Shown piece by piece: positions 1-12,659 of a DNA stretch of 64,000 bases. A program made the position numbers and the translations under genes. The stretch comes from Mobula hypostoma (Eukaryota): positions 200,324,001-200,388,000 of the forward strand of contig NC_086100.1 of assembly GCF_963921235.1 (NCBI RefSeq). Direction: 5' to 3'. The notes under the pieces were generated by a model that was given only the letters and a program-made list of their open reading frames with translations, did no database searches and was not told the origin of the DNA. The first letter of the stretch is position 1. Every line of letters starts with the position of its first letter.

Positions 1-101
1 AGTTTGTGAGGATAATGATCCTGCAATCCCAAATCCTTTACAATTTGTGGGACGCTGAGATTTTCGGACTCATTATTTTCAGCTGGTAAAATGCTCGTCA
101 T
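1..101 (-). CDS. 5' end of a second GVIN/URGCP-like paralog, running off the left edge of the window
   Basis: The reverse complement reads MTSILPAENNESENLSVPQIVKDLGLQDHYPHK and matches 42608-42708 with 3 differences in 101 nt (2 synonymous, 1 L/V). Integrity beyond the window is unknown. Confidence 0.85.
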   Translation of the reverse strand, partial: MTSILPAENNESENLSVPQIVKDLGLQDHYPHK

Positions 102-879
102 CGTCTCTGATACGCTCTGTGTTCTCCTGGAATCTGTGTTTTCTTTCTCAGGGTTGGGGCTGGTTTGGGTCTTGGCGTGTTGATCCGGGTATTTTGGGAA
201 TAGGTGTACTGTTCTGATCCTTAAATTCCCACAAATGTAAAACTAGTCTCCAAAGATTTATCATTTTGACTCTATTCCTGTCCAGGACATTTGCTGTACC
301 TGATGTCCTACTGGAACACACAGTTCCTGTCCCAGGATCACAGGGCTGAATGGTTCCGTGCCTCTGGCTGGTGATCCTCTGTCAGGTCTCGTTGTCCTGG
401 CACCGTGTGTACTGAGTACAGTCAGTAGGAGATCACCATGGCAACCTGGAACTGGCCATAGAATTATACCTGGCTTTGGTGACACCACACCAGGAGGTCT
501 GGGTACAAACTTGTTACTCTTAGTAGGTGAATGATGGACTTTCTCTCGAGGGAGTGTAATGAAGATCCTGCAGGTTTTTTTCCCCAGAGCAAAATCAGGG
601 AATCATTGAAATACTCAGCAGGTCAGACAGCGCCTGTGGAGAGAGAAACAGGGTCAGTGTTTCAGGTCCATGTGTTGGTGAGTCTGTCACATCAGGAGAA
701 GTTGAGTAGACCATCCCTCTGTTCACTGGGGGTTAGAAGAATGAGTTGTGATCTCACTGAAATGAGTACAGAGTTTAACATTGCTGGATACAGGGAGGAT
801 GTTCCCACTGGCTAATGAGTCTAGGACCAGGGCACAGGCCAAATGTAAGGGGTGGGCTGTTCATGACCGTGATGCGGTA

Positions 880-3710
880 AATGTTCAAGTCTTCACAAAA
901 GGGCCCACACAATTAGAACCTAGAACACAGGATGGGAAACAGTATGATGGAGCTGAGGATGAGCCAGCAGGTTTACAAGTAGGTGATGGGTGTAACATGA
1001 ATGTAAGGAAGGACAGGCCAATGTCTGGGTACAAACGCAGACAGAGCAAAGAGTTAAATTTTACCACAGAGGCAACATTGAAAAGGCAAAGAATACAGGA
1101 CTAAAGGTTCTGTATTTAGATGCGTGTAGCATTCGGAATAGGGTGGATGAACTCATGGCACAATTAGAGATTGGTCGGTATGACATGTGGGCATCACTGA
1201 GTTGTGACTGAAAGAAGGCCTTAGTTGGGAGCTTGACGTCAAGTGATAAGCTTTGTATCGAAACAACAGCAGGAAGGCACAGGCGGTGGTGTGGCTCTGT
1301 TGGTAAGAGATGGAATTACATCTTTAGAAAGAGGTGACATAGGATCAGAGAATGTTGAGTCTTTGTGGATGGAGTGAAGAAACTAAAAGGGTAAAAAAAA
1401 CATTCTGGGGATCATACAAACAGTACCCAAGATGTGGGGTTGAGATTGCAAGGGGAGCTAGAAAAGGCATGTAACAAGAGTAATGACACAATTATGATGG
1501 GGGACTTCAATATGCAAGGGGATTGAGAAACTCAGGTTGGTGTTGGATTGCAAGACAGGGGATTTGTTGAGTGCCTACGAGATGTTTAATTTAGAATACC
1601 TTGTGCTTGAGCCTGCTTGGGGAAAGTTTATCCTAGACTGGGTGTTGTGTAATAACCCAGATCTGATGAGGGACCTTAATAGAACATAAAACATAGAAAT
1701 TTACAGCACATTACAGGCCCTTCGGCCCACAATGTTGTGCTGACCATGTAACCTACTCTAGAGACTGCCCAGAATTTCCCTAGCATATAGCCCACTATTT
1801 TTCTAAGCTCCATGTACCTATCTAAGAGTCTCTTAAATGATCCTATTGTATCCACCTCTACCCTCTTCGCCAGCAGTACATTCCATGCACCCACCACTCT
1901 CAGTGTGAAAAACTTACCCCTGACATCCCCTCGGTACCTATTTCCAAGCACCTTAAAACTATGCTCCTTCGTGTTAGCCATTTCAGCCCTGGGAAAAAGC
2001 CTCTGGCTATCCAGATGATCAATGTGAAGGAACCCCAAGGAGGCCGTAATCATGATGTGATTGAATTCATACTGCAGTTTGAGAGGGAGAAGCATAAGTA
2101 TCACAATGGACTAAAGGGAATTACAGAGGCACGAGAGAGAAGCTTGTCCAGGTGGATTGGAGGAGGATACCGGCGGGGATGACAGCAGAGCAGAGACAGG
2201 AATAGTTCACAAGGTGTAGGGTAGATATGTCCCACAGAAGAAGAAGCTCTCTAATGGCAGGGGTAGGGAACCGTGGCTGACGAAGGAAGCTAAGGACTAC
2301 ATGAAAGCCAAGGAAAGGGCATATAATGTTGTAAAAGTGAGTGAGAAGTTGGATTATTGGGAAACTTTTAAAATCCAACAAAATGCAATTTAAAAAGCTA
2401 AAAGAAGGGAAAAGATGAAATGGGGGCAGACTAGCCAATAATATAAAGTAGGATACTAAAAGATTTTTCAGTTACATAAGGAATAAAAGGGAAGTGAGTG
2501 TTGATATTGGACCACTAGAAAATGGTGTTGGTTAGGTAGGAATGGGGGACAATAAATGGCAGATGAACTTAATGGGTACTTTGCATCAGACTTCACTGTG
2601 GAAGACACGAGCAGTGTGCCAGAGGTCCGTGAGTGTCAGGGAGCAGCAGTGAGTGCCATTGCTATTACAAAGGAAAAAGTGCTTGGCAAACTGAAATGCC
2701 TTAAGATGGATAAGTTACCTGAACCAGATGGACAACATCCCAGAGTCCTGAGAGAGGCTGCTGAAGAGATAATGGATACATTGATCATGATCATTCAAGA
2801 ATCACTTGATTCTGGCATGGTCCTGGAGGACTAGAAGATTGCAAATGTCACTCCACTCTTTAAGAAGGGATGAAGGCACAAGAGAGGAAATTATCGGCAG
2901 TTAGCCTAACCTCAGTAGTTGGGAAAGTGTTGGAGTCTGTTATTAAAGACAAGGTTTCAAGCTACTTGGACACTAATGATAAAATCAGTCAAAGTCAGCA
3001 TGGTTTCTGTAAAGGGAAATCTTGCCTGACAAATCTGTTCGAGTTGTTTGAGAAAGTAACAAGCAGGGTAGACAAAGGAGAGGCTGTGGATGTCATGTAA
3101 GGATTTTCAGAAGGCATTTGATAAGGTGCCACACATGAGGAAGCTTAACAGGATAAAATCCTATGGTGTTATAGGAAAGATACAGGTATGGATAGAGGAA
3201 TGGCTGACAGGCTGTGAATGCAAATAACCTTTTCTGGTTGTCTGCCGGCGTTCCTCAGGCGTCAGAATTGAAACAAATACTTTTCATATTGTTTGTCAAT
3301 AATAATGGAATCGATGACTTTGTGGCAAAATTGCGGATGATATGAAGATAGGTGGAGGGGTAGGTAGTGCTGAGGAAGCAATGTGATTGTAGCAAGACTT
3401 AGACAAATTGGAAGAATGGACAAAAATTGTCAGATGGAATACACTGTTGAGAAATGTATGATAATGCATTTTGGTAAAAGGAACCATAGTGTGGACTATT
3501 ATTTAAATGGGGAGAAAGTTTAAACATCAGAGATGCAGAGGGACTTACGAGTCCTTGTGCAAGACTCCCAGAAGGTTAATTTACAGATTGAGTCTATGGT
3601 AAAGAAGGCAAATGCAAAGTTGGCATTTTTTTCAAGGGGAATAAAATATAAAAGCAAGGAGATAATGCTGAGCCTTTATAAGACACTAGTCAGGCCGCAC
3701 TTGGAGTATT
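880..3710 (+). mobile_element. Decayed CR1 LINE (endonuclease and RT remnants) with a nested minus-strand CR1 3' end at about 1677-2015
   Basis: Frameshifted ORF2 pieces (SQHGFCKGKSCLTNL, RPHLEY). The nested piece ends in a (TTCTATG)-type tail. Confidence 0.85.
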
Positions 3711-4110
3711 GATGGCATGAACATCAATTTCTCAAACTTCTGGCAATGCCCCCAGCCACCCCGTCCCCTTTCCCTCTCTCACCTTATCTCCTTTCCCACC
3801 CGTCACCTCCTCTGGTGCTCCTTCCCCCTTTTTCTTTCTTCTGTCGCCTTCTGTCCCTTTCACCAATCAACTTCCCAGCTCTTTACTTTGACCCTCCCCT
3901 CCAGGTTTCACCTATCACCTTGTGTTTCTCTCTCCTCTCCCCCGACATTTTAAATCTACTCCTCAGCCATTTTTTCTCCAGTCCTGCCGAAGGGTCTCGG
4001 CCCAGAATGTCAACCATACATTTTTCCATAGACACTGCCTGGCCAGCTGAGTTCCTCCAGCATTGTGTGTGTTGCTCGGATTTCCAGCATCTGCAGATTT
4101 TCTCTTGTTG
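3711..4110 (+). mobile_element. Penelope-like element 3' end with degenerate hammerhead (mirror copy at about 38595-38995, - strand)
   Basis: Begins DGMNINFSNF, resembling a Penelope ORF C-terminus. A pyrimidine-rich tract follows, then cagtcctgccgaagggtctcggcccagaatgtc and the gctgcctggcc..gctgagttcctccagca repeat. Confidence 0.65.
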
Positions 4111-4776
4111 GTGACCCTGCATTGATTATTGGAATCTTAACAAGATTACCAATAAAAATCATTACTGCTTATCATTAATGAACTCAGCCTTTGATTTACT
4201 GCAAGGGTCAAATTCCTCACTAAATTGGATCTTGGATTTAATTGGATTTGGATTTGTCAGTGTGATGAATGGAAGGTGATACTCAATACCCCCACTGGGC
4301 ATTATGAATACCTAGTCATGCCCTTTGGACATGTTAATTCATTAATGATCGTAGGAAGCATCGTCGGAAAGTCGGATGGTAGTGCTGAGGATGAGCTGGT
4401 TGGTTTACAAACAGAGGCACTATGTAGTGAGAAGCTGTTGATAGGGCAAAATTGTAGTCAACAGGATGAGTTGCAATGTAAAAGGCGGACAAAATTGAAA
4501 AGGGTGAACACGGGACAGAAAGTTTTATATTTGAATACGTGCAGTGTGGAATAGGGCTGATGAACTTACAGCACAGTTGTAGATTGGTGGGCATTTTGTT
4601 GCAGGCATCACTGAATCATGGCTGAAAGAAGATTATAGCTGGGAGACTAATCCAAAGTTTCACATTTTTATTGAAAGGACAAACTAGAAGGCCGGTGGTG
4701 TGGGGGTTAGTGTTTCTCTATTGGTAAAAAATGAAATCAAATCATTAGAAATAAGTGACACAAGGCCAGAATGTTT

Positions 4777-5990
4777 TAGAAACCTAGAAAACCTACAGCA
4801 CAATACAGGCCCTTTGGCCCACAAAGTTGTGCCAAACATGTCCTTACCTTAGAAATTACTAGGGTTACCCAGAGCCCTCAGTTTTTCTAAGCTCCATGTA
4901 CCTATCCAAAAGTCTCTAAAAAAAAGACCCTATCATACCTGCCTCCACCACCGTTGCCGGCAGCCCATTCCACGCACTCACCACTCTCTGCGTAAAAAAA
5001 ACTTACCCCTGACATCTCCTCTGTACCTACTTCCAAGCACCTTAAACCTGTGCCCTCTTGCGGCAGCCATTTCAGCCCTGGGAAAAAGCCTCTGACTATC
5101 CACACAATCAATGCCTGTCATCATCTTATACACTTCTATCAGGTCACCTCACATCCTCCGTCGCTCCAAGGAGAAAAGACCGAGTTCACTCAACCTATTC
5201 TCATAAGGCATGCTCCCCAATCCAGGCAACATCCTTGTAAATCTCCTCTGCACCCTTTCTATGGTTTCCACATCATTCCTGTAGTGAGATGACCAGAACT
5301 GAGCACAGTACTCCAAGTGGGGTCTGACCAGGGTCCTATATAGCTGCAACATTACCTCTTGGCTCCTAAATTCAATTCCATGATTGATGAAGGCCAAGAC
5401 ACCGTAAGCCTTCTTAACCACAGAGTCAACCCACGCAGCTGCTTTGAGCGTCCTATGGACTCGGACCCTATGATCCCTCTGATCCTCCACACTGCCAAGA
5501 CCATTAATACTATATTTTGCCATCATATTTGAACTACCAAAATGAACCACTTCACACTTAGCTGGGCTGAACTCCATCTGCCACTTCTCAGCCCAGTTCT
5601 ACATCCTATCAATGTCCTGCTGTAACCTCTGACAACCCTCCACACTATTCACAACATCCCCAACCTTTGTGTTATCAGCAAATTTACTAACCCATCCCTC
5701 TACTTCCTCATCCAGGTTATTAATAAAAATCATGAAGAGAAGGGGTCCCAGAACAGATCTCTGAGGCACACCACTGGTCACCGACCTTCATGCAGAATAT
5801 GACCCATCTACAACCACTCTTTACCTTCTGCGGGCAAGCCAATTCTGGATCCACAAAGCAATGCCCCCTTCGATCCCATGCCTCCTTACTTTCTCAATAA
5901 GCCTTGCATGGGGGACCTTATCAAATGCCTTGCTGAAATCCATATACATTACATCTACTGCCCTACCTTCATCAATGTGTTTAGTCACAA
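4777..5990 (-). mobile_element. CR1 LINE 3' portion (RT C-terminus and tail)
   Basis: ORFs 5599-5781 (GVPQRSVLGPLLF, KFADNTK) and 5149-5577 (RPHLEYC); short-repeat tail near 4777. Confidence 0.88.
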
Positions 5991-6632
5991 CCTCAAAATA
6001 GGGCAGATGTGGAGAGGATGTTTCCTACGGTGGGTGTATCCAGAACTAGAGGGCATAGCCTCAAAATTGAAGGGGGGCCCTTTTAGAACAGAGGTAAAGA
6101 GGAATTTTTTTAGCCAAAGGGTAGTGAATCTGTCAAAAGCTCTGTCGCAGACTGCAGTGGAGGGCAAGTCTGTGAGTATATTTAAGGCGGAAGTTGATAG
6201 TTTCCTGATCGGACAGGGTATGGCAAGGCAGCCGGTGTATGGGGTTGAGTGAGATCTGGTACAGCCATATGGAGTGGCGGAGAAGACTCGATGGGTTGAA
6301 TGACCTAATTCTGCTCCTAAATCTTATGGTCTTCTGGTCTTTTGGTCATGCATCTTGGGTGCAACTACCTCTCTTTCTGTCCTATCTATCACCACCTCAG
6401 GCTCCCAAATGATCTGGAGTTCATCCAGTTCCAGCTCCAGCTCCTGAATGCAGAGTCAGAAGCTGCAGCTGGATGCACTTCTCACAGTTGTAGTCATGAG
6501 GGACACTGGAGGTCTCCCTGCCTTCCCACATCCCACAAGAGGAGAATTCAACTATCCTGCCTAGCATCTTTGCTGTTTCTAACTGAGCAAATAAGAACAA
6601 TAAACAGTTGGGGGAGAAAAAGGGTCTACCTG

Positions 6633-6670
6633 CAGTCCTGACGAAGGATCTTGGCCTGAAATGTCCACTG
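6633..6670 (+). ncRNA. Minimal type I hammerhead ribozyme motif (slightly diverged) in a ~90-bp Penelope-derived insert
   Basis: cagtc-CTGACGA-aggatcttggcct-GAAATGTC-cactg. The insert is flanked by ctgcag at 6630-6635 and 6725-6730. Confidence 0.55.
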
Positions 6671-7460
6671 TACCTCTTCCTATAGATGCTGCCTGGCCTG
6701 CTGAGTTCACCAGCATTTTGTGTGCTGCAGCTTTTTTTTGCCTTCTCTCCCTGAAGCCTTGAAGAGCTAAAACCCCAAAATCTCCACTCTGTCTCTGACC
6801 AATCCAATGATGGCCGCTCTGCTTGTCCCTACCTTACTTTAATTTGTTCTTCACAGTCAATCGCAAAAGCTGATTTGCTGCTACTCAAAACTCCAAACTG
6901 TCTCAAGTCATTGCATTTTCCACTCAATCCGTAAATTTGAGTGAACTTTGTCTTCTCAGTTTCCGGAACTCCAAGTGGGCGCTACTCAAAACTCCAAACT
7001 GCCGCGAGTTGCTGCCTTTTCTACTCAATTGGTGAACCAGAGTGAACTACCTCTCCTCAGTCTCCTGAACACCAAGTGCCGCTGCTCAAAGCTCATTATT
7101 TATTATTATCTAGTTTTATTTTTCTTTTTGTATTGGCGCAATTCCTTGTCTTTTACACATTGGTTGTTTGTTTTTATTTTTTGTGCTGTTTTTCATTGAT
7201 CCTACTGTATTTACTGTGAATGTCCACAAGATATGTACTTTGAATATTTATGTACTTTGAACTTTCCCATGTGAGACAGGATTGACCCCAGGACGCTCCT
7301 GCAGTACCAGACCATCTGCCCCTCCTGTCTCTGCGCTGTGACCACCTCACTAAGCGTCTCCCACATTTCCCCATCCCGGAAATCCCACAGTGATCCAACC
7401 ACAACCCCACCTGTTCTCATCGTTTGAGTCTCTCTCTCGTCTCTCGTCACACCATCTCAC

Positions 7461-7541
7461 CAATCACACTCTATCCAACATAACATTTGGAAGGTGGGTG
7501 AACTGAATTCCAGAGAGAGCAATGTATCAGTCTAATCCAAA
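7461..7541 (-). other. Candidate 81-nt upstream exon of the - strand GVIN paralog
   Basis: Minus-strand acceptor ttttactgttttacag| and donor ttg|gtgaga; same length as the 26082-26162 copy. ATG at 7486. Confidence 0.5.
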
Positions 7542-7799
7542 CTGTAAAACAGTAAAAGGCAGAGTGAGCGATGAACCAGTGACCCGGCCAGTGACTGACT
7601 GCCTCAGACTCTGTAATGATACCCTAGGTTACAAAGAGATTCAGTTACAACCCCATCCAGACCACATACCACATCCTTGGCTTTTAGTGAATCCATGTGA
7701 CTGTTTGTAAAGAGTTAAGCAGATCTTCAGCCCAACATATTTGTGTTACCTGTCTGTACTGATCCCAATTAACAGCACAAATCCTTGAGATGTCTGACT

Positions 7800-8310
7800 C
7801 CCCACCCATCTCTCTCTCCCGTCCCCATCCACTGACCTCAATCCCCACCCTCCACCCACTCACCTCACTCTCCCCACTCCCCACCCACCCAACTCTCTTT
7901 CTCTCCACTCCCCACCACCCTCTCACCTCTTTCTCTACCCTCCAACCACCCACCTCTCTCTCCTCATTCCTCACCCACTCTCCTCTTCCCCTCACTCCAT
8001 CCATTCACCTCACGCTCCCCACTCACAACCCTCCACCCTCCTACCTCTCACCCCCCTCCTCCCATTCACCTCTCTCTCACCACTCCCCACTCACTCACTT
8101 CTCTCTCCCAACTTCCCACCCACCCACCTCTCTCCCCCACCCTGTACCAACTCCATTCAGTGGACATTTCTCTCCCCAGCCCCTCACTACCCCCCTAACT
8201 CACCCATCCCTCTCAACCAGCCTCTGCCCCACTCCCATTACACACCACACCCCAGCCCTCTCTCACTATCTCTTTCTTACTCACTCCTTATCCCCGTCTC
8301 CCCACGTCTG
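7800..8310. repeat. C/T-rich low-complexity tract (mirror G/A-rich tract at about 25320-25815)
   Basis: Degenerate ccactcacctctctc repeats. Confidence 0.85.
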
Positions 8311-8939
8311 TTCCCTGATTCAATCCTCTCCATCTCCAGCACTGACTGAGAGTCACTGACTTGAATCACAATCTTTGTTTCTCTCTCTGCAGATGCTGCC
8401 CGACCTGGTGAATCTGAGCAGCAGTTTCCAATTTTACCTCAGATTTCCAGTATCTGCAGTTTCCTGTCGAGCTGCTGTTAGCTGAAGGTTCGTGGTGTGG
8501 GACACACAGGTTGAAGTGATCCCAATGGAGAATTGAAGTAAACTTTATACAGAGTGGAGCTCAAAGTTCAAAGTAAATTTATTATTGAAGGAAATTATGT
8601 GATCGTTTACAACCCTGGGATTTGTTTTATTATAGGCAATCACAGTAAATACAAGGAACACAATAAAATCAAGGAAAGATCGCACCCAGTAGGGCAGAGA
8701 GCAACCAACATGATAAATAACCAACAAACTGCAAATACAAATACAGAGAAAAATAGTAACTAAATAAATAAACAATAAATATTGAGAACATGAGGTGAAT
8801 GATTCTTGAAAGTGAGTCCTTAGGTGATGATTCAAGTGAAGTTGAATGAAACTTATCCCCACTGGTTCAAGAGCCAGATTATTGTGGGGTAATAACTGTT
8901 CCTGAACCTCGTGGTGAGTCCCCATGCTCCTTTATCTAC

Positions 8940-9860
8940 TTAAGGTCATAGAGTCATATTAAAATACAACAAAGAAACAGGCCCTTTGGCTATCTAGTCC
9001 ACAACAAATCATTTAAACTGTCTACCACTATCGACCTGCACCGGGACCACAGCCTCCATATCCCTATCATTGATGTACTTCTTCAAATTTCCCTCAAGCA
9101 TTAAAATCCTGTTCACATCCACCACTTGCTCTAGCAGCTCATTCCACACTCTCAAGAACCTCTGAGTGAAGAAGTTTCCCCTCACGTTCTCTTTAAACTT
9201 TACATCTTTCACCTTTAACCCATGACCTCTAGTTATATTCCCACCCAACCTCAGCGGAAAAAGCCTGGTTACATTTACCCTATCTACATCCCTCATAATT
9301 TTGTATACCTCTATCAAATCTCCTCTCAATCTTCTATGTTCTAAAGAAAACACTAACCTTTTCAATCTTTTCTTATAACTCAGGTCATCCAGACCCAGCA
9401 ACATCCTTGTAAATTTTGTCTGTACTCTTTCAACCTTATTCACATCTTTCCTGTAGGTAGGTGACCAGACCTGCACACAATGTTCCAAATTAAGTTTCAC
9501 CAACATCTTATACAACTTCACATAACATCCTATCGTCTGCATTCAATATTGATTTATGAAAACCCATGTGCCAAAAGCTTTCTTTACAACCATATTAACC
9601 TGTGACATCACTTTCAATGAATTTTGGCCCTGTATTCCTAGATCCCTTTGTTCTACCACGCTCCTCAATGCCCTACTGTTCTCTGTGTAAGACCTCCCCT
9701 GCTTGGTAATACTGAAGAGCAGCACCCCACACTTATCTACACTAAATTCCATCTGCCTTGTTTCAACCCATTTTTCCAGCTGATACAGATCCTGTTGCAA
9801 GTCATGATAATGTTCCTCACTGTCCTTTACACTCCCAGTCTTGATGTCATCTGCAAATTT
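8940..9860 (-). mobile_element. CR1 LINE 3' fragment
   Basis: ORFs 9009-9542 and 9543-9800 resemble the CR1 ORF2 C-terminus (LEHCVQVWSP, RRLRGDLIEVYKI). Confidence 0.85.
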
Positions 9861-10852
9861 GGGGGGTGGGGGGGGAAGGGAGCAGAGAGAGGGAAGGGGA
9901 GGGAAAGAAGGAGGAAGGGAGGGGGAAAGAAGCAGGGAGTGGGAGGGGGAAGAAGGAGGCAGGGGAAAGGGAGATGGAAAGGATGAGAAAGAACCCAGAC
10001 TACATCATGTGACTGTTTGTATGGGAGTTAAACAAACCTTCCACCCAACATATTTGTTCTGATCGGCAACGACCTGTCTATATTGATCCCGATTAACAGC
10101 AACCCTCCTCTTGACATCTCTGACTCCCCATCCTCCACCCACCTGTCCTTTAGGCAAGCATTTTCTATCTCACATTGTAATTTGTAAGCCACCTCCTTAC
10201 TACTGTTTGGGGGTCAGTATACAACTCTCACCAGGGTCCTTTTACCCTTGCAGTTCCTTCACAATGATTCAACAACTTTCGACCATATGTCATCTCTTTC
10301 TCATAATTTGATTTCACTTTTTTACCAACAGGGCAGTGCTGCCCCCTGTCCTTTTGAGACAATGTGTATCCTTGGACGTTAAGCTCCCAGTTATAACCTT
10401 CTTTCAATCATGATTCAGTGATGCTTCCAACATCAATCATACATTCCAATCTGCAACTGTGCTGCAAATTCATCTGTCTTATTGCATATGCTACCTTAAT
10501 CCCCTGCCATTGCTGGGGTCAAAGCAACACTCACAACACGCTGGAGGAACTCAGCAGGTCGGGCAGCATCCGTGGAAAAGATCGGTCAGACCTGTCTCCA
10601 GTTGGCACCTCCATTCACAACGTAAAAAGCTACTACCACCAAAAAGACATAACAAAGAATACATAAAGAAGTAAACAAATTCCAAATGTTTTCACATTAT
10701 GTCTGACAGTAGTTAAGACCGAATTAATGACAGCCATCTTAAATCCATTTAATATATGCAGCCATGATTTCAAAAAAACTTACAAATATAAGAAAAAAAG
10801 TAAATATATAAGTGTTAAATTCAGAACTATATTAACTGTTATATTAACTATA

Positions 10853-12650
10853 TTCACTGAGGAAGACAGCAGTATACCGGACACTCAAGGGTGTCAGGGA
10901 AGAGAAGTGTGCGCAGTCACAATTACGACAGAGAAAGTACTCAGGAAGCTGAATAGGCTAAAGGTAGATAAATCTCCTGGACCAGATGGAATGCACCCTT
11001 TGTGTTCTGAAGGAAGTAGCTGTGGAGATTGCGGAGGCATTAGCAATGATCTTTCAAAAGTCGATAGATTCTGGCATGGTTCCGGAAGACTGGAAGACTG
11101 CAAATGTCACTCCACTATTTAAGAAGGGGGCAAGGAAGCAAAAAGGAAATTATAGACCTGTTAGCTTGACGTCGGTGGTTGGGAAGTTGTTGGAGTCGAT
11201 TGTCAAGGATGAGGTTACAGAGTACCTGGAGGCATATGACAAGATAGCAGAACTCAGCATGGATTCCTTAAAGGAAAATCCTGCCTGACAAACCTATTAC
11301 AATTTTTTGAGGAAATTACCAGTAGGCTAGACAAGGGAGATGCAGTGGATGTTGTATATTTGGATTTTCAGAAGGCCTTTGACAAGGTGCCACACATGAG
11401 GCTACTTAACAAGATAAGAGCCCATGGAATTACGGGAAGGTTGCATACGTGGATAGAGCGTTGGCTGATTGGCAGGAAACAGAGTGGGAATAAAGGGATC
11501 CTATTCTGGTTGGCTGCCGGTTACCAGTGGTGTTCCACAGGGGTCAGTGTTGGGCCCGCTTCTTTTTACATTGTACATCAATGATTTGGATTATGGAATA
11601 GATGGCTTTGTGGCTAAGTTTGCTGATGATACGAAGATAGGTGGAGGGTCCGGTAGTGCTGAGGAAATGGAGAGTCTGCAGAGAGACTTGGATAGATTGG
11701 AAGAATGGGCAGAGAAGTGGCAAATGAAGTACAATGTTGGAAAGTGTATGGTTATGCACTTTGGCAGAAAAAATAAACGGGCAGACTATTATTTAAATGG
11801 GGAAAGAATTCAAAGTTCTGAGATGCAACGGGACTTGGGAGTCGTCGTACAGGATACCCTTAAAGTTAACCTCCAGGTTGAGTCGGTGGTGAAGAAGGCG
11901 AATGCAATGTTGGCATTCATTTCTAGAGGAATAGAGTATAGGAGCAGGGATGTGATGTTGAGGCTCTATAAGGCGCTGGTGAGACCTCACTTGGAGTCCT
12001 GACGAAGGGTCTCGGCCTGAAACGTCGACTGTGCCTCTTCCTATAGATGCTGCTTGGCCTGCTGCGTTCACCAGCAACTTTGATGTGTGTTGCTTGGAGT
12101 ACTGTGGGCAGTTTTGGTCTCCTTATTTAAGAAAGGATGTGCTGACGTTGGAGAGGGTACAGAGAAGATTCACTAGAATGATTCCGGGAATGAGAGGGTT
12201 AACATATGAGGAACGTTTGTCCGCTCTTGGACTGTATTCCTTGGAGTTTAGAAGAATGAGGGGAGACCTCATAGAAACATTTTGAATGTTAAAAGGCATG
12301 GACAGAGTGGATGTGGCAAAGTTGTTTCCCATGATGGGGGAGTCTAGTAGGAGAGGGCATGACTTAAGGATTGAAGGGCACCCTTTCAGAACAGAAATGC
12401 GAAGAAATTTTTTTAATCAGAGGGTGGTGAATCTATGGAATTTGTTGCCACGGGCAGCAGTGGAGGCCAAGTCATTGGGTGTATTTAAGGCAGAGATTGA
12501 TAGGTATCTGAGTAGCCAGGGCATCAAAGGTTATGGTGAGAAGGCGGGGGAGTGGGACTAAATGGGAGAATGGATCAGCTCATAATAAAATGGCGGAGCA
12601 GACACGATGGACCGAATGGCCTACTTCTGCTCCTTTGTCTTATGGTCTTA
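10853..12650 (+). mobile_element. 5'-truncated CR1 LINE (RT), interrupted by a hammerhead-bearing insert
   Basis: KSPGPDG, NYRPVSLTS, LDFQKAFDKVPH, GVPQGSVLGP, KFADDTK and a CR1 3' UTR. Confidence 0.92.
11995..12031 (+). ncRNA. Minimal type I hammerhead ribozyme motif (Penelope-type)
   Basis: agtc-CTGACGA-agggtctcggcct-GAAACGTC-gact. Conserved core CUGANGA and GAAA, stem I agtc/gact, stem II hairpin, ACGU palindrome in place of stem III. Predicted cleavage after GUC at 12026. Confidence 0.7.
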
Positions 12651-12659
12651 AAGCAAACA

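Larger units (their letters stand above)
1..4776. repeat. Outer left arm of inverted segmental duplication (pairs with 37998-42708)
   Basis: Position 1 aligns to 42708 in reverse complement. Mirror ORF pairs: 781-1104/41509-41931, 1676-2104/40608-41030, 3746-4114/38592-38960, 4225-4554/38185-38481. Confidence 0.95.
7310..10506. repeat. Inner left arm of inverted duplication (pairs with 20475-26330)
   Basis: Mirror ORF pairs: 7522-7710/25913-26101, 8545-8925/24191-24562, 9543-9800/21151-21432, 9648-9986/20920-21327. Confidence 0.93.

Noticed and set aside
3979..4015. Active hammerhead (and its mirror near 38700)
   Set aside because: The core is mutated (CUGCCGA, and no intact GAAA); treated as degenerate.
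4225..4340. Gene from mirror ORFs 4225-4554 and 38185-38481
   Set aside because: A chimera of a tiny Gypsy RT remnant ([14 protein letters not shown]) and CR1 sequence. The similarity between copies is explained by the duplication.
7790..8359. Pro/Ser/His-rich ORFs (also 25344-25837 and 47597-48007)
   Set aside because: Translations of low-complexity purine/pyrimidine tracts.
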